NCBI GenBank assembly: GCA_030835025.1
Contig: JAUQWS010000101.1
Span: 14,097 to 78,096 of the forward strand
Source: Ignavibacteria bacterium
GTDB lineage: Bacteria; Bacteroidota; Ignavibacteria; Tepidaquicellales; OLB5
Direction: 5' to 3'
DNA: 64,000 nucleotides
Shown here: positions 53,770-62,360 of the stretch, one piece after another
How positions within the stretch are numbered: the first letter of the stretch is position 1
Layout of the letters: the number at the start of each line of letters is the position of its first letter
Notes under the pieces: generated by a model
The model's database searches: none
What the model was told of the DNA's origin: nothing
Seen by the model: only the letters and a program-made list of their open reading frames with translations
Program-made: the position numbers and the translations under genes

Positions 53770-54981
53770 ATGGAAACCCTGAATCATCTGAATTATTACC
53801 GGCTGCCGTGGAATCTTACCGATAACTCTATATCCTGGCTTGAACCCACTGCAAAATGCAATCTTTCATGTTACGGCTGTTACCGGAAGAATGAAGTGGA
53901 TAGCCATAAATCTCTTGATGAGATCCGTGCAGAACTTGATGTGTTCAAAAGACTGCGCAAAAGCGATGGCATATCCATAGCAGGAGGCGATCCGCTATTG
54001 CACCCGGATATCATTAAAATAGTGAAGATGGTAAAAGATGACGGCCAAAAGCCGATTATCAATACAAACGGAATTGCGCTTACAAAAGAACTTCTTTTAG
54101 ACCTGAAAAAAGCCGGTGTTTATGGATTCACATTTCACATAGACAGCAAACAAAACCGACCGGGATGGAAGAATAAGAATGAGCTTGAGCTGAATGAACT
54201 TAGACTTCATTTTGCTGACATGCTTAAAGATGCCGGTAATATATCATGCGCTTTCAATTCAACAGTTTACGAAGATACTCTGCAACACGTACCACTTATG
54301 GTCAAGTGGGCAGAGGAGCATATTGATAAAGTACAGGTTATGGTCTTTATACTTTACCGTGCTGTCAATAATGATAGGGCTGATTACTACCTGGGACCCC
54401 GGAAGATAGATATGAACACACTTGTTTACAATGAGGAAGATACAGCAAGAGTGGATATTAAAGCACCCGAAGTCGTATCTGAAATCAGAAAAATCTACAG
54501 TGATTTTGACCCGTGTGCCTATCTAAACGGTTCTGAACAACCCGATGACTTTAAATGGCTACTAACGGGCAGGCTTGGCAGGCCGGGAAAGATCTACGGT
54601 TACATGGGAAAAAAATCAATGGAGATCATTCAGACTGTGCACCATATGTTGTTTGACAAATACCTTGCTTATTCAGAGCCAAAACTCACACGCAAAGGCA
54701 GATCGATGCTGCTTTTGAGCTTCTTTGATAAACGCCTCAGAAAGACTCTTTGGAAATACATTAAGAATCCAATAAACTTCTTCAGGAAACTTTATTATCA
54801 GTCAGTTATGATCATTCAGCCTGTAGACCTGACCGACGACGGAAGGCAAAGCATGTGTGACGGATGCCCTGATATTTCAGTGTGGAACGGCAAACTGGTG
54901 TGGTCCTGCAGAATGGAAGAACAAATGAAGTACGGTATCAATCTCAAAACCTATCCTAAAAATATGGCGGGATTGAATTGA
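53770..54981 (+). CDS. Radical SAM protein, substrate unknown
   Basis: The CNLSCYGCY (CxxxCxxC) cluster motif, GGDPLLHPD (the GGEP-like SAM motif) and NTNG are present. A further C-terminal Cys motif is MCDGCPD...SC. A strong GGAGG Shine-Dalgarno is present. Confidence 0.85.
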   Translation: METLNHLNYYRLPWNLTDNSISWLEPTAKCNLSCYGCYRKNEVDSHKSLDEIRAELDVFKRLRKSDGISIAGGDPLLHPDIIKIVKMVKDDGQKPIINTNGIALTKELLLDLKKAGVYGFTFHIDSKQNRPGWKNKNELELNELRLHFADMLKDAGNISCAFNSTVYEDTLQHVPLMVKWAEEHIDKVQVMVFILYRAVNNDRADYYLGPRKIDMNTLVYNEEDTARVDIKAPEVVSEIRKIYSDFDPCAYLNGSEQPDDFKWLLTGRLGRPGKIYGYMGKKSMEIIQTVHHMLFDKYLAYSEPKLTRKGRSMLLLSFFDKRLRKTLWKYIKNPINFFRKLYYQSVMIIQPVDLTDDGRQSMCDGCPDISVWNGKLVWSCRMEEQMKYGINLKTYPKNMAGLN

Positions 54982-55004
54982 GCAAAATAGTGAGGCGAAA
55001 ACAT

Positions 55005-55493
55005 CTATTTTAATCCGAACCAGGGACCTGAATTCAGATCGGATTCAACGATTTCCTTGTCCTCTTTGTCTTTTATAAGGTGAATTGATTCCAGACATTT
55101 TTCATAATATTCGCCGGCTTCACTTTGCCTTCCGTTAAGTGCAAGCGATCTTGCCATTACCATTAGTGCATATGAGACATCAAAATCAGCCATTTCATTC
55201 TTATTACCAAAAACAATATCATAATTTCTTTGTGCATGATGCAGCGAAGCTTCCTTCCTTCCGGCATAAGTTAAGGCAGTAGCTATCATATTCTCTCCCC
55301 TGGCTTTGTTTACAGATTTACATCCTGAATATTTGCTCCAGTGCAGTGTTGAAGCATAAGCCATGGCTATCATTGTTTCAGTTTCTTCTTCGTTTCTGTC
55401 TTCTTTTGAAAGCAGAGGGAAAATTCCGCTATTGAATTCTACTCCAAACCAACGGTGGGCCTTGTCTGTATTAAATTCAGGTTCATTCAGCAT
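55005..55493 (-). CDS. Hypothetical helical protein (162 aa)
   Basis: It is an intact ORF convergent with the radical SAM gene. It resembles a widespread uncharacterised family only from memory. Confidence 0.45.
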   Translation of the reverse strand: MLNEPEFNTDKAHRWFGVEFNSGIFPLLSKEDRNEEETETMIAMAYASTLHWSKYSGCKSVNKARGENMIATALTYAGRKEASLHHAQRNYDIVFGNKNEMADFDVSYALMVMARSLALNGRQSEAGEYYEKCLESIHLIKDKEDKEIVESDLNSGPWFGLK

Positions 55494-55586
55494 TATGGGT
55501 TTCCTGTTTAGTTAACTGTAATTTTTATGCAAATATAACTAAATGCAGAGATTTTTTCTGGAATTTTTAAAGACGAAATAAAGCTC

Positions 55587-55594
55587 TATATTTG
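55587..55594 (+). promoter_or_regulatory. TATATTTG -7 box for tRNA-Glu
   Basis: It matches TAnnTTTG and lies 31 nt upstream of the tRNA 5' end. Confidence 0.4.
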
Positions 55595-55625
55595 CTTAAA
55601 TATTTGAATATTTAGGATATTTAAA

Positions 55626-55699
<74 letters not shown>

Positions 55700-55706
55700 C
55701 AAAAAA

Positions 55707-55729
55707 GCAGTACTTTGTACTGCTTTTTT
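55707..55729 (+). terminator. Terminator of tRNA-Glu
   Basis: gcagta-ctttg-tactgc is followed by T6. Confidence 0.7.
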
Positions 55730-55740
55730 AATTGGTTAAT

Positions 55741-55831
55741 CCCGCTTTCAGCGGGGCTACCCTGCTAAAGCAGGGTCGCACGCGTCCTCTAAAAAAATCA
55801 CGGGTTCGGTTTGTATCCCGCCACGGCGGGA
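55741..55831. repeat. Three GC-rich REP-like hairpin units
   Basis: The units are cccgc-tttca-gcggg (55741-55), accctgc-taaa-gcagggt (55759-76) and cccgc-cacg-gcggg (55817-30). They sit in an otherwise AT-rich spacer. Confidence 0.5.
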
Positions 55832-55867
55832 CTCACCTCTAAAGCGGATCATGCGCTGCTTTTAAGG

Positions 55868-57079
55868 CTATTTTATCAACAACATTTTTTTTGTTTCAGT
55901 ATATTTTTCAGTTGTTAATCTGTAAAAATACACACCGCTTGATAAATCAGCTCCATCAAATTCAGTTTTGTATGAACCAGCTTTTAAATATCCGTTAAAA
56001 AGTGTTTCTATAAAAGCACCGCTCAAATCATAAATTTCAAGTCTTACATTACATTCCTTTGGAAGAGAGAAATCAATTTTTGTTATTGGATTAAACGGAT
56101 TTGGATAGTTCTGAAAAAGGCTGTAATGTGAAGATACTTCATTTGTAACCGGCTCGATCCCTACCATTTCCGAAAGAAGCCTTCTGTAAACACCGCCTCT
56201 GCCTCCAAAAATATAATTATTACAGATAAATAATGAGTATATATCATAATTTCCCATGCCTTCATTTCTTAGAGTCCAGTTTAATCCAAGGTCATAAGAA
56301 ACATACACCCCGTAAACTGTTCCCATCATAACACAATTTACATTTGAAATAATACAGTAAACTTTTCCTGTATTTAACGAGGGATGAAACCAGCTTGAAC
56401 CGTTGTTAGTAGAACAATAGATCCCATCATAATATGTACCGGCATAAACATTATTACCTGAACATGATAACGAAACTACATATTGATTATTCAATGATGT
56501 TTGATTCCAGTTTAAACCGTTATTTGTAGATCTATAAACGCCTTGGTTATATGTTCCCGCATAAATTGTATTTCCTTCAATTGCCAGGGAAAAAACCCCG
56601 CTGCCTATGGATACCGGATTCCAGTTTGTTCCGTTGTTTGTGGATATATACAAATACCCGCCTCCGGTTCCAGTTGTAGTTCCTGCAAAAATAGTATTTC
56701 CGTTTGCTGCAATTGCCCTGACCCATAGATCAGTAAAGTTTGTGGTTGTCCAGCTTATACCATCATTTAAAGATCTTTTTATTTCTCCTGAAATATTAGG
56801 CAAGTACCCTATGCAATTAGCTGCAAAAACAGCACTTGAATTTGCCGTTAAAGAATAAATATTCCCGTATTGTAGTGATTGATTCCAGGACTGCCCGTTG
56901 TTTGTAGAAGTGAATATGCCTGAGCCTTCTACTCCGGCAAAAATGATGTTTCCTTTTACAGTAAAAGAAATCACATTTCCCGATTGCAGCCCGTTTGATG
57001 AATATTCCCAATCCGCTTTAAGGCCTGTTGATATAAATGTGATACTAAAAGAAAGTAAAATTAAAAAGTATTTCATCAT
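55868..57079 (-). CDS. BNR/Ycf48-like beta-propeller protein with T9SS C-terminal sorting domain
   Basis: Blades of STNNG..W type repeat. The C-terminus is NYPNPFNPITKIDFSL...GVYFYRL...KKMLLIK. Confidence 0.8.
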   Translation of the reverse strand: MMKYFLILLSFSITFISTGLKADWEYSSNGLQSGNVISFTVKGNIIFAGVEGSGIFTSTNNGQSWNQSLQYGNIYSLTANSSAVFAANCIGYLPNISGEIKRSLNDGISWTTTNFTDLWVRAIAANGNTIFAGTTTGTGGGYLYISTNNGTNWNPVSIGSGVFSLAIEGNTIYAGTYNQGVYRSTNNGLNWNQTSLNNQYVVSLSCSGNNVYAGTYYDGIYCSTNNGSSWFHPSLNTGKVYCIISNVNCVMMGTVYGVYVSYDLGLNWTLRNEGMGNYDIYSLFICNNYIFGGRGGVYRRLLSEMVGIEPVTNEVSSHYSLFQNYPNPFNPITKIDFSLPKECNVRLEIYDLSGAFIETLFNGYLKAGSYKTEFDGADLSSGVYFYRLTTEKYTETKKMLLIK

Positions 57080-57496
57080 TTCCCCAAATCTAAGATATTT
57101 TTTAAATACTTACTTATGTTTTTCTATTTCCATTTGTTCTGTTTAAAATTTCAAAAGTACCTATGATCTTATTGATTTACTAAATTAAACTCATAGATTG
57201 TAAAATTCAGTGATTCTTTGATCTATTATCTTCTTTTTCATGCTTATGGCTATCAATTTCTTTACCAGCTGCTTCATAGAGCTTTTCTGCAAAGTTTTTC
57301 ATTTTCGAATAAATATTGTTAATTAACAAATAAAAATATTTAATTAAAAATAATTTGCATATGATTTATATCATTATGCTATATAATATATATCCTCTAA
57401 TGGTTCAGTTTATATAAATTATACTTTTATGAATTATTTAGATAACTGTTCGTAAGTAAATGTATTTATTGTTTTTATAAGTAATTTTCTACAGGA

Positions 57497-57539
57497 CTCC
57501 CCTGCTATAGCAGGGTCGTACGCTCGCACTCAAAAAAAT
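57497..57539. repeat. Fourth copy of the REP-like unit
   Basis: The block ctcccctgctatagcagggtcgtacgc...aaaaaaat aligns with 55757-55799 (about 27 of 30 core positions plus the A7 run). Confidence 0.5.
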
Positions 57540-57632
57540 ACAAATACATTTTATCAACACGAAGTTACGCCGAAGGCGTTATATGGACTGTTATTCAAAT
57601 TGTTACAAATGAATGAAACCGAAAAAGTAAAA

Positions 57633-57653
57633 TGCCTGAAGAATCTTCAGGCA
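57633..57653. terminator. Bidirectional terminator after the 610-aa T9SS gene
   Basis: tgcctgaag-aat-cttcaggca is flanked by A4 and T5. Confidence 0.6.
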
Positions 57654-57685
57654 TTTTTAAATTTGACAAAATGTAACTAAAGACT

Positions 57686-59518
57686 TTATTTCAACAACAC
57701 CATTTTTCTTGTTTCTGAGTAATTTTCTGTTTCCAGCCTGTAAAAGTACACACCTGAAGCTAATCCCGACCCGTTAAACTCAATTTTATACTTACCGGCA
57801 TTCAATTTTTCGTGAACGTATGTATTTATTTCTTCACCCAATAAACCATAGATCGTAAGTTTTACATTTTCCTGTTTCGTAATATCAAACAAAATAGTAG
57901 TTGCCGGATTAAACGGGTTAGGATAATTCGAAAGTGCGTATCTAACGGGTAATTCATTACTGATATTGGATAAACCTAAAACACTCATTAAAGATATATT
58001 CAGATTATCAACATTTGCACCGGAAAGAATTACATTAATCGATGAGGGCAAATATCCCATTCTATCTACAACTAATGTATAGCTGCCATCCGGCAGAGAA
58101 TCAACACAGAAATAACCGTTCGAAATGCTGACGTCGTAGTTCTTAAACAAAGGACCAATCCTTGCATAAACAAATGCATCCTGTAACCCGGTGACATCAT
58201 TTCCTGCAGAAACAATACCGCTTAAATGCCTTACGTAACCACCCGGATTATTGATCCGCTTCACAGTAATATCAATATTTTCTAAGTTAAATGTTGGAGT
58301 AAGAGTAATTGCATGCTGCCAGTAAATTGTGGTGTCATAATAAGTGGGTGCAAAGTCAAGTTCATCGTCTTCGTAAGCCATGAAATCCATTTCAACCGGA
58401 GGCAGACCATATATAGTATAAGCACCATTTGACTGAATTTGTGCTGAATCGATAACAGTAACACCGTTCAACAAAGAATCATACCTTATAGCTTTGACCC
58501 AGCCTGATGTTACCGGCTCGTTATTATCATCATACTTGACGGTTCCTGAAACGTATGGAAATAATCCCCCGCCATTAGTGGTTTTGTATAACCTTGCCGA
58601 CCTTGCTGTTACTACGCAAATAGAATCCGAAACATATAAATGCTGGCAACCGCCAATAGGATAATAAACCTGTTCTGCCCAGTTATAACCTCCGTTAGTA
58701 GTTACAAATATTTTTTCACTGGGACCTGATTGAACGATCCAACCTATATTGGAATTCAGAAACTCAAAATCATTAAAACTTATATTTGTCCCCGGAAAAA
58801 ATAATAGTGTCCAGTTCAATCCACCGTTTGATGTTCTGTATATGCCATACCATTTTAGAACATAACCAATAGTATCATTGAAAAATTGGATTTGAACAAT
58901 GTTATCCAGGTGCGGTGGCAATTTTTCCCAGTTTATTCCGCCATTTGTTGTTTTAAGAACCTGCTCACCGCCATATACTTCCAGAAAATTACCTGCGGCA
59001 AACCCGGTTGTTGAGTTTAGGAAGGATAGTCTTACGTACGACATCGTGTCTCCGGGGGATTGTATCAATTCCTGCCAATTATCTCCCATATTTGTACTTC
59101 GGAAAAATGAGCTGTGCATACCTGATACATAAATAACGTCTTCGAAACATTCTATATCCACCAATAGTTCATAATTAGAATAAACCAAAGACCAGGTTGA
59201 ACCTGCATTAGTGGTTTTATAGATCAGACCGGCTGAAGGTCCCAGGGTCCCGTAGTTCACGGTCGCAAAGCCTGTATTGCTATTTAGAAATTTTATTGTT
59301 GTTGGAGCGTAAAGGGAATTTAAACCTACGTTTGTGCATACCCAGGTATTTGCCCCGTTTGTTGTTTTACAAATAGCATGCGGTCCGCCTAAAAATCCTG
59401 TACTTTTGTTAATAAAAAAGAGTCCTTCTGTACCCCCGCCATTTGTAAGAATCCATTGAGTGAAAAGCAAGTTACTTGAGCAAATATATAACAGTATAAT
59501 AAACGTTATTCTTTTCAT
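57686..59518 (-). CDS. Beta-propeller + carboxypeptidase-regulatory-like domain protein with T9SS C-terminal sorting domain
   Basis: It has KTTNG..W blades and a CarboxypepD_reg-like segment (GYFCVDSLPDGSYTLVVDRMGY). The C-terminus is NYPNPFNPATTILFDI...GVYFYRL...RKMVLLK. Confidence 0.8.
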   Translation of the reverse strand: MKRITFIILLYICSSNLLFTQWILTNGGGTEGLFFINKSTGFLGGPHAICKTTNGANTWVCTNVGLNSLYAPTTIKFLNSNTGFATVNYGTLGPSAGLIYKTTNAGSTWSLVYSNYELLVDIECFEDVIYVSGMHSSFFRSTNMGDNWQELIQSPGDTMSYVRLSFLNSTTGFAAGNFLEVYGGEQVLKTTNGGINWEKLPPHLDNIVQIQFFNDTIGYVLKWYGIYRTSNGGLNWTLLFFPGTNISFNDFEFLNSNIGWIVQSGPSEKIFVTTNGGYNWAEQVYYPIGGCQHLYVSDSICVVTARSARLYKTTNGGGLFPYVSGTVKYDDNNEPVTSGWVKAIRYDSLLNGVTVIDSAQIQSNGAYTIYGLPPVEMDFMAYEDDELDFAPTYYDTTIYWQHAITLTPTFNLENIDITVKRINNPGGYVRHLSGIVSAGNDVTGLQDAFVYARIGPLFKNYDVSISNGYFCVDSLPDGSYTLVVDRMGYLPSSINVILSGANVDNLNISLMSVLGLSNISNELPVRYALSNYPNPFNPATTILFDITKQENVKLTIYGLLGEEINTYVHEKLNAGKYKIEFNGSGLASGVYFYRLETENYSETRKMVLLK

Positions 59519-59583
59519 GACTTTTCAGTATTTAGAATTTAAAATACATTCTTATAAGTGCTTATAGTTATTCAAAGTAAATT

Positions 59584-60468
59584 TTAAATGTTATTCAATT
59601 TATATTCGTCTAATGTAATGGAATTATTCCAGTGGAATTGGAACAGCTCTGCCATTTGTTCTGCGTAATTGGAATTCTTTACTATTATATCAGCCTGCCT
59701 GTGCTTGGGAATATCCTTATCCCTGAGGTTAGTGAATACAATTTTCTTATCAAATATCGCAATATTGGGTATGTTGGCTTTGGTTAACCTTATTTCTTCA
59801 CCCGAGCTGATAAAGAATTCACACAGTTTTATAAAATCACCTTTATCTGCCTGTTTCAATTTTCCGCCTTTAAGAATTCTGAAATCCAGGCTTGTGGAAT
59901 AAATCGATCTTAATTTGCCGCCTTGCTTAACAAACTTCTTTGATATCTTGTCAATTTCTTCAGTTACAATTCCTTTTAATCTGAACATTCCATTTACCTC
60001 ATGCTTTGCATGTTTGAAAATCTCAACATACTTTGCCATCCGGTGCTTGTTGAATCCCCTGATCAGCTCAATGTTAACATCATTATCATTTGTATTCTCC
60101 GCAGGTTCCATGTATAATGCCTTGGCTTTTCGCTGAGTATCTTTCAGCAAAACCAACTTTGTTTTGAAAGCATCACTGTAATCCTTTTCTATTTTATCAA
60201 AAATAACATCGGGGTCGATGAGCTGGTATTGAAGTACTGTATTGGTTTCAATTTCGTTACAATATGCCTTTTCTACGAAAGATTTAAGAGTGTCGTAGAT
60301 GGAATTCCTGATCAATTTGCATTCTTTGGCAATTTCTGAAGCGCTCATAGGCCTGCCTTTTAATAATGCACAAAAGACCTTCGCTTCATACTCTTTGAAA
60401 CCCAGGTTCTTGAGATTTTCTATTATTTCCCTATTAAGCAAAATTACAGTTGATTTAAAGTACTGCAA
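59584..60468 (-). CDS. TrmB-family transcriptional regulator
   Basis: The N-terminal wHTH string LKNLGFKEYEAKVFCALLKGRPMSASEIAKECKLIRNSIYDTL is TrmB-like. The C-terminal domain is about 180 aa. Confidence 0.7.
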   Translation of the reverse strand: MQYFKSTVILLNREIIENLKNLGFKEYEAKVFCALLKGRPMSASEIAKECKLIRNSIYDTLKSFVEKAYCNEIETNTVLQYQLIDPDVIFDKIEKDYSDAFKTKLVLLKDTQRKAKALYMEPAENTNDNDVNIELIRGFNKHRMAKYVEIFKHAKHEVNGMFRLKGIVTEEIDKISKKFVKQGGKLRSIYSTSLDFRILKGGKLKQADKGDFIKLCEFFISSGEEIRLTKANIPNIAIFDKKIVFTNLRDKDIPKHRQADIIVKNSNYAEQMAELFQFHWNNSITLDEYKLNNI

Positions 60469-60532
60469 TATTACCCAATGTACTTTGAGAATTCAATGCA
60501 ATTATTTTCCTCTAACTTTACAACATATAAGC

Positions 60533-60562
60533 AAAAAAAGCGGGTTCAAAACCCGCTTTTTT
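60533..60562. terminator. Bidirectional terminator separating the Cys-rich gene from the TrmB-like gene
   Basis: The sequence is A7-gcgggtt-caaa-acccgc-T6. Confidence 0.7.
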
Positions 60563-60578
60563 CTATTATTCTACCGAT

Positions 60579-60959
60579 TTACTTTTGTCTTGAACCATTA
60601 CAAGTTCCGCAGGTCTTTTGCACTGAACCGCCGCAAAAATTACAGTGCACCTGTCCATTGCCGCAGTTAGGGTTATAACATGTGTGCCACTTCCTGCCTT
60701 CACCTTCACAGTAATTACATCTCTGTGTCGAACCGTCGGGCATCGTAACATATCCGTTATTGCAGTTGCATATTTCCCACCTTCCGCCGTTACCGCCACA
60801 CTGATTACAGGTATACTGAGCTGCACCGCCGCAATTTATACAATCCACAGTTCCTCTGCCGCCGCAGAATGTGCATCTGTTATCCTGGGCACTGGCAGGT
60901 AAATTGAAAACAAAGAGTAATAAGAGAATGGATAATCCGGGGATTAATTTCATAGTCAA
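60579..60959 (-). CDS. Secreted cysteine-rich protein built from DnaJ-type CxxCxGxG zinc-finger-like units
   Basis: After a signal peptide (LLLLFVFNLPASA), 16 Cys form 8 pairs: CTFCGGRG, CINCGG, CNQCGGNG, CNC, CNYCEGEG, CYNPNCGNG, CNFCGG and CGTCNG. Confidence 0.7.
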   Translation of the reverse strand: MTMKLIPGLSILLLLFVFNLPASAQDNRCTFCGGRGTVDCINCGGAAQYTCNQCGGNGGRWEICNCNNGYVTMPDGSTQRCNYCEGEGRKWHTCYNPNCGNGQVHCNFCGGSVQKTCGTCNGSRQK

Positions 60960-61277
60960 AGGTTTGTCCTTTCCTTAATTTTTTCTAATGCACTTAAGCA
61001 TTAGTTCACTCTGCTTTTATGTGGATGAAAGCTGCAAGAGAATTACAGAGACAAAATTGGCAGTCAAAAAGCAAAGATAAAATGCATTTTTTTTGCAAGC
61101 TAACGAAGATCTCCATAACCCCGTTCATTCAAAAAAATCGTAAGAAATATCTTACTCACTCGTGAAAATAGCTACATAACATAGCGGTTTTGGTTAACCG
61201 TAAATTCGTAACAAATCAGAGATTTATCCCACTTGTTTTTGGGAATTTGTTCATTATATTACATTCATACAAATTAA

Positions 61278-61658
61278 ATGAAAAGGATCATGAAGTACTT
61301 AACGTTAATATTGATGCTCCTGGCATCAGTCTTAATCTTCAATTCGTGTGATTCAATCACCGATAGCAAACCCGAAGCTGTTACTAAACCGTCATTGGTT
61401 TCTCCTGAGGATAATGCAACAAATGTGCTGTCAACTGCTACTTTCACGTGGAGCGGAGCAGCAACAGTAATTGAAATAGATATTAACTCTGCCTTTAATA
61501 CGGCACAGAAACTTTCTTATTCTGTTTCCGGCACTCAATTTACAGTTCCCACTGCACTTTCCACCAATACAATTTACTACTGGAGAGCAGGTAATACCGT
61601 TGGCGGTACAACATACTGGTCAGATAATTATAACACTTTCACTACAGGTTCTCAATAA
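61278..61658 (+). CDS. Small lipoprotein, Ig/Fn3-like (hypothetical)
   Basis: The lipobox is IFNSC, and PSLVSPEDNATNV...FTWSG resembles Fn3/Ig-like sugar-binding modules. 126 aa. Confidence 0.45.
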   Translation: MKRIMKYLTLILMLLASVLIFNSCDSITDSKPEAVTKPSLVSPEDNATNVLSTATFTWSGAATVIEIDINSAFNTAQKLSYSVSGTQFTVPTALSTNTIYYWRAGNTVGGTTYWSDNYNTFTTGSQ

Positions 61659-61684
61659 AAAATAAGACTGAGTTTTGATTAAAA

Positions 61685-61713
61685 CCCCTGTCTGTGACAG
61701 GGGTTTCTTTTTT
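61685..61713 (+). terminator. Rho-independent terminator
   Basis: cccctgtc-tgt-gacagggg is followed by a T-rich tract. Confidence 0.7.
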
Positions 61714-61896
61714 ATATGATTTTTATCGTGAGTTGAAATTAACATCAAAATCGAAGTATGGAATTATTTTATCAGTTTATTGCGGAACTTAATTTATTAT
61801 TTTTGTATGAAGTACTATCCCTGGATTTGACTGCGACACTCTGATCACGATAAATACCTGAGACTGATTAACAACCTAAAATTAGCGAGGACTACA

Positions 61897-62274
61897 ATGT
61901 ATTTCTTCCTGGTTTTGGTCGTTATAATGCTGATAACGGTGAACTATTATGTATCCGAATACAAAAAGAAAGCGATTAAAGCAGGAGAGAGCGAACTCTC
62001 GTTGACAGATAAGAACATTCTCCCGTTCTGCAGAACTTGTAAGATCTGCTCGGGGTTGTCCTTTTTGTTAATGGTGATTACCGGAGTGATCCTGATAATA
62101 GCTCCCCTTGCTACTGGCGCGACTGAATGGATATTTCTGGACATCACAAGAGGTGATTGGAAAGTGTTCCATTTGTTTGTTGCCCTGTTGTTTGTAGCTT
62201 CATTTGCATTCCATACGTATATTCACTGGAACTGGTTCAAAGCAGCCTTTACCAGAAGGTTTAAGACTGTTTGA
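61897..62274 (+). CDS. DUF4405-like membrane protein
   Basis: It has 3 TM helices, and the His-containing C-terminal motif FHTYIHWNWF is typical of DUF4405 as I recall it. Confidence 0.45.
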   Translation: MYFFLVLVVIMLITVNYYVSEYKKKAIKAGESELSLTDKNILPFCRTCKICSGLSFLLMVITGVILIIAPLATGATEWIFLDITRGDWKVFHLFVALLFVASFAFHTYIHWNWFKAAFTRRFKTV

Positions 62275-62360
62275 ACAGCGGCCAAAACAACATTTCGTCA
62301 TAATAAAGAAAGCGCTTCCAATGGAGGCGCTTTTCATTTTTTGAAGCATTGGTAATCGCC

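Noticed and set aside
57207-57302. 31-codon minus-strand ORF (MKNFAEKLYEAAGKEIDSHKHEKEDNRSKNH) as a real small-protein gene
   Set aside because: It has no Shine-Dalgarno, no recognisable promoter box and no hydrophobic or Cys pattern, and it lies in extremely AT-rich DNA where short ORFs arise by chance. It is reported only as a possible gene remnant.
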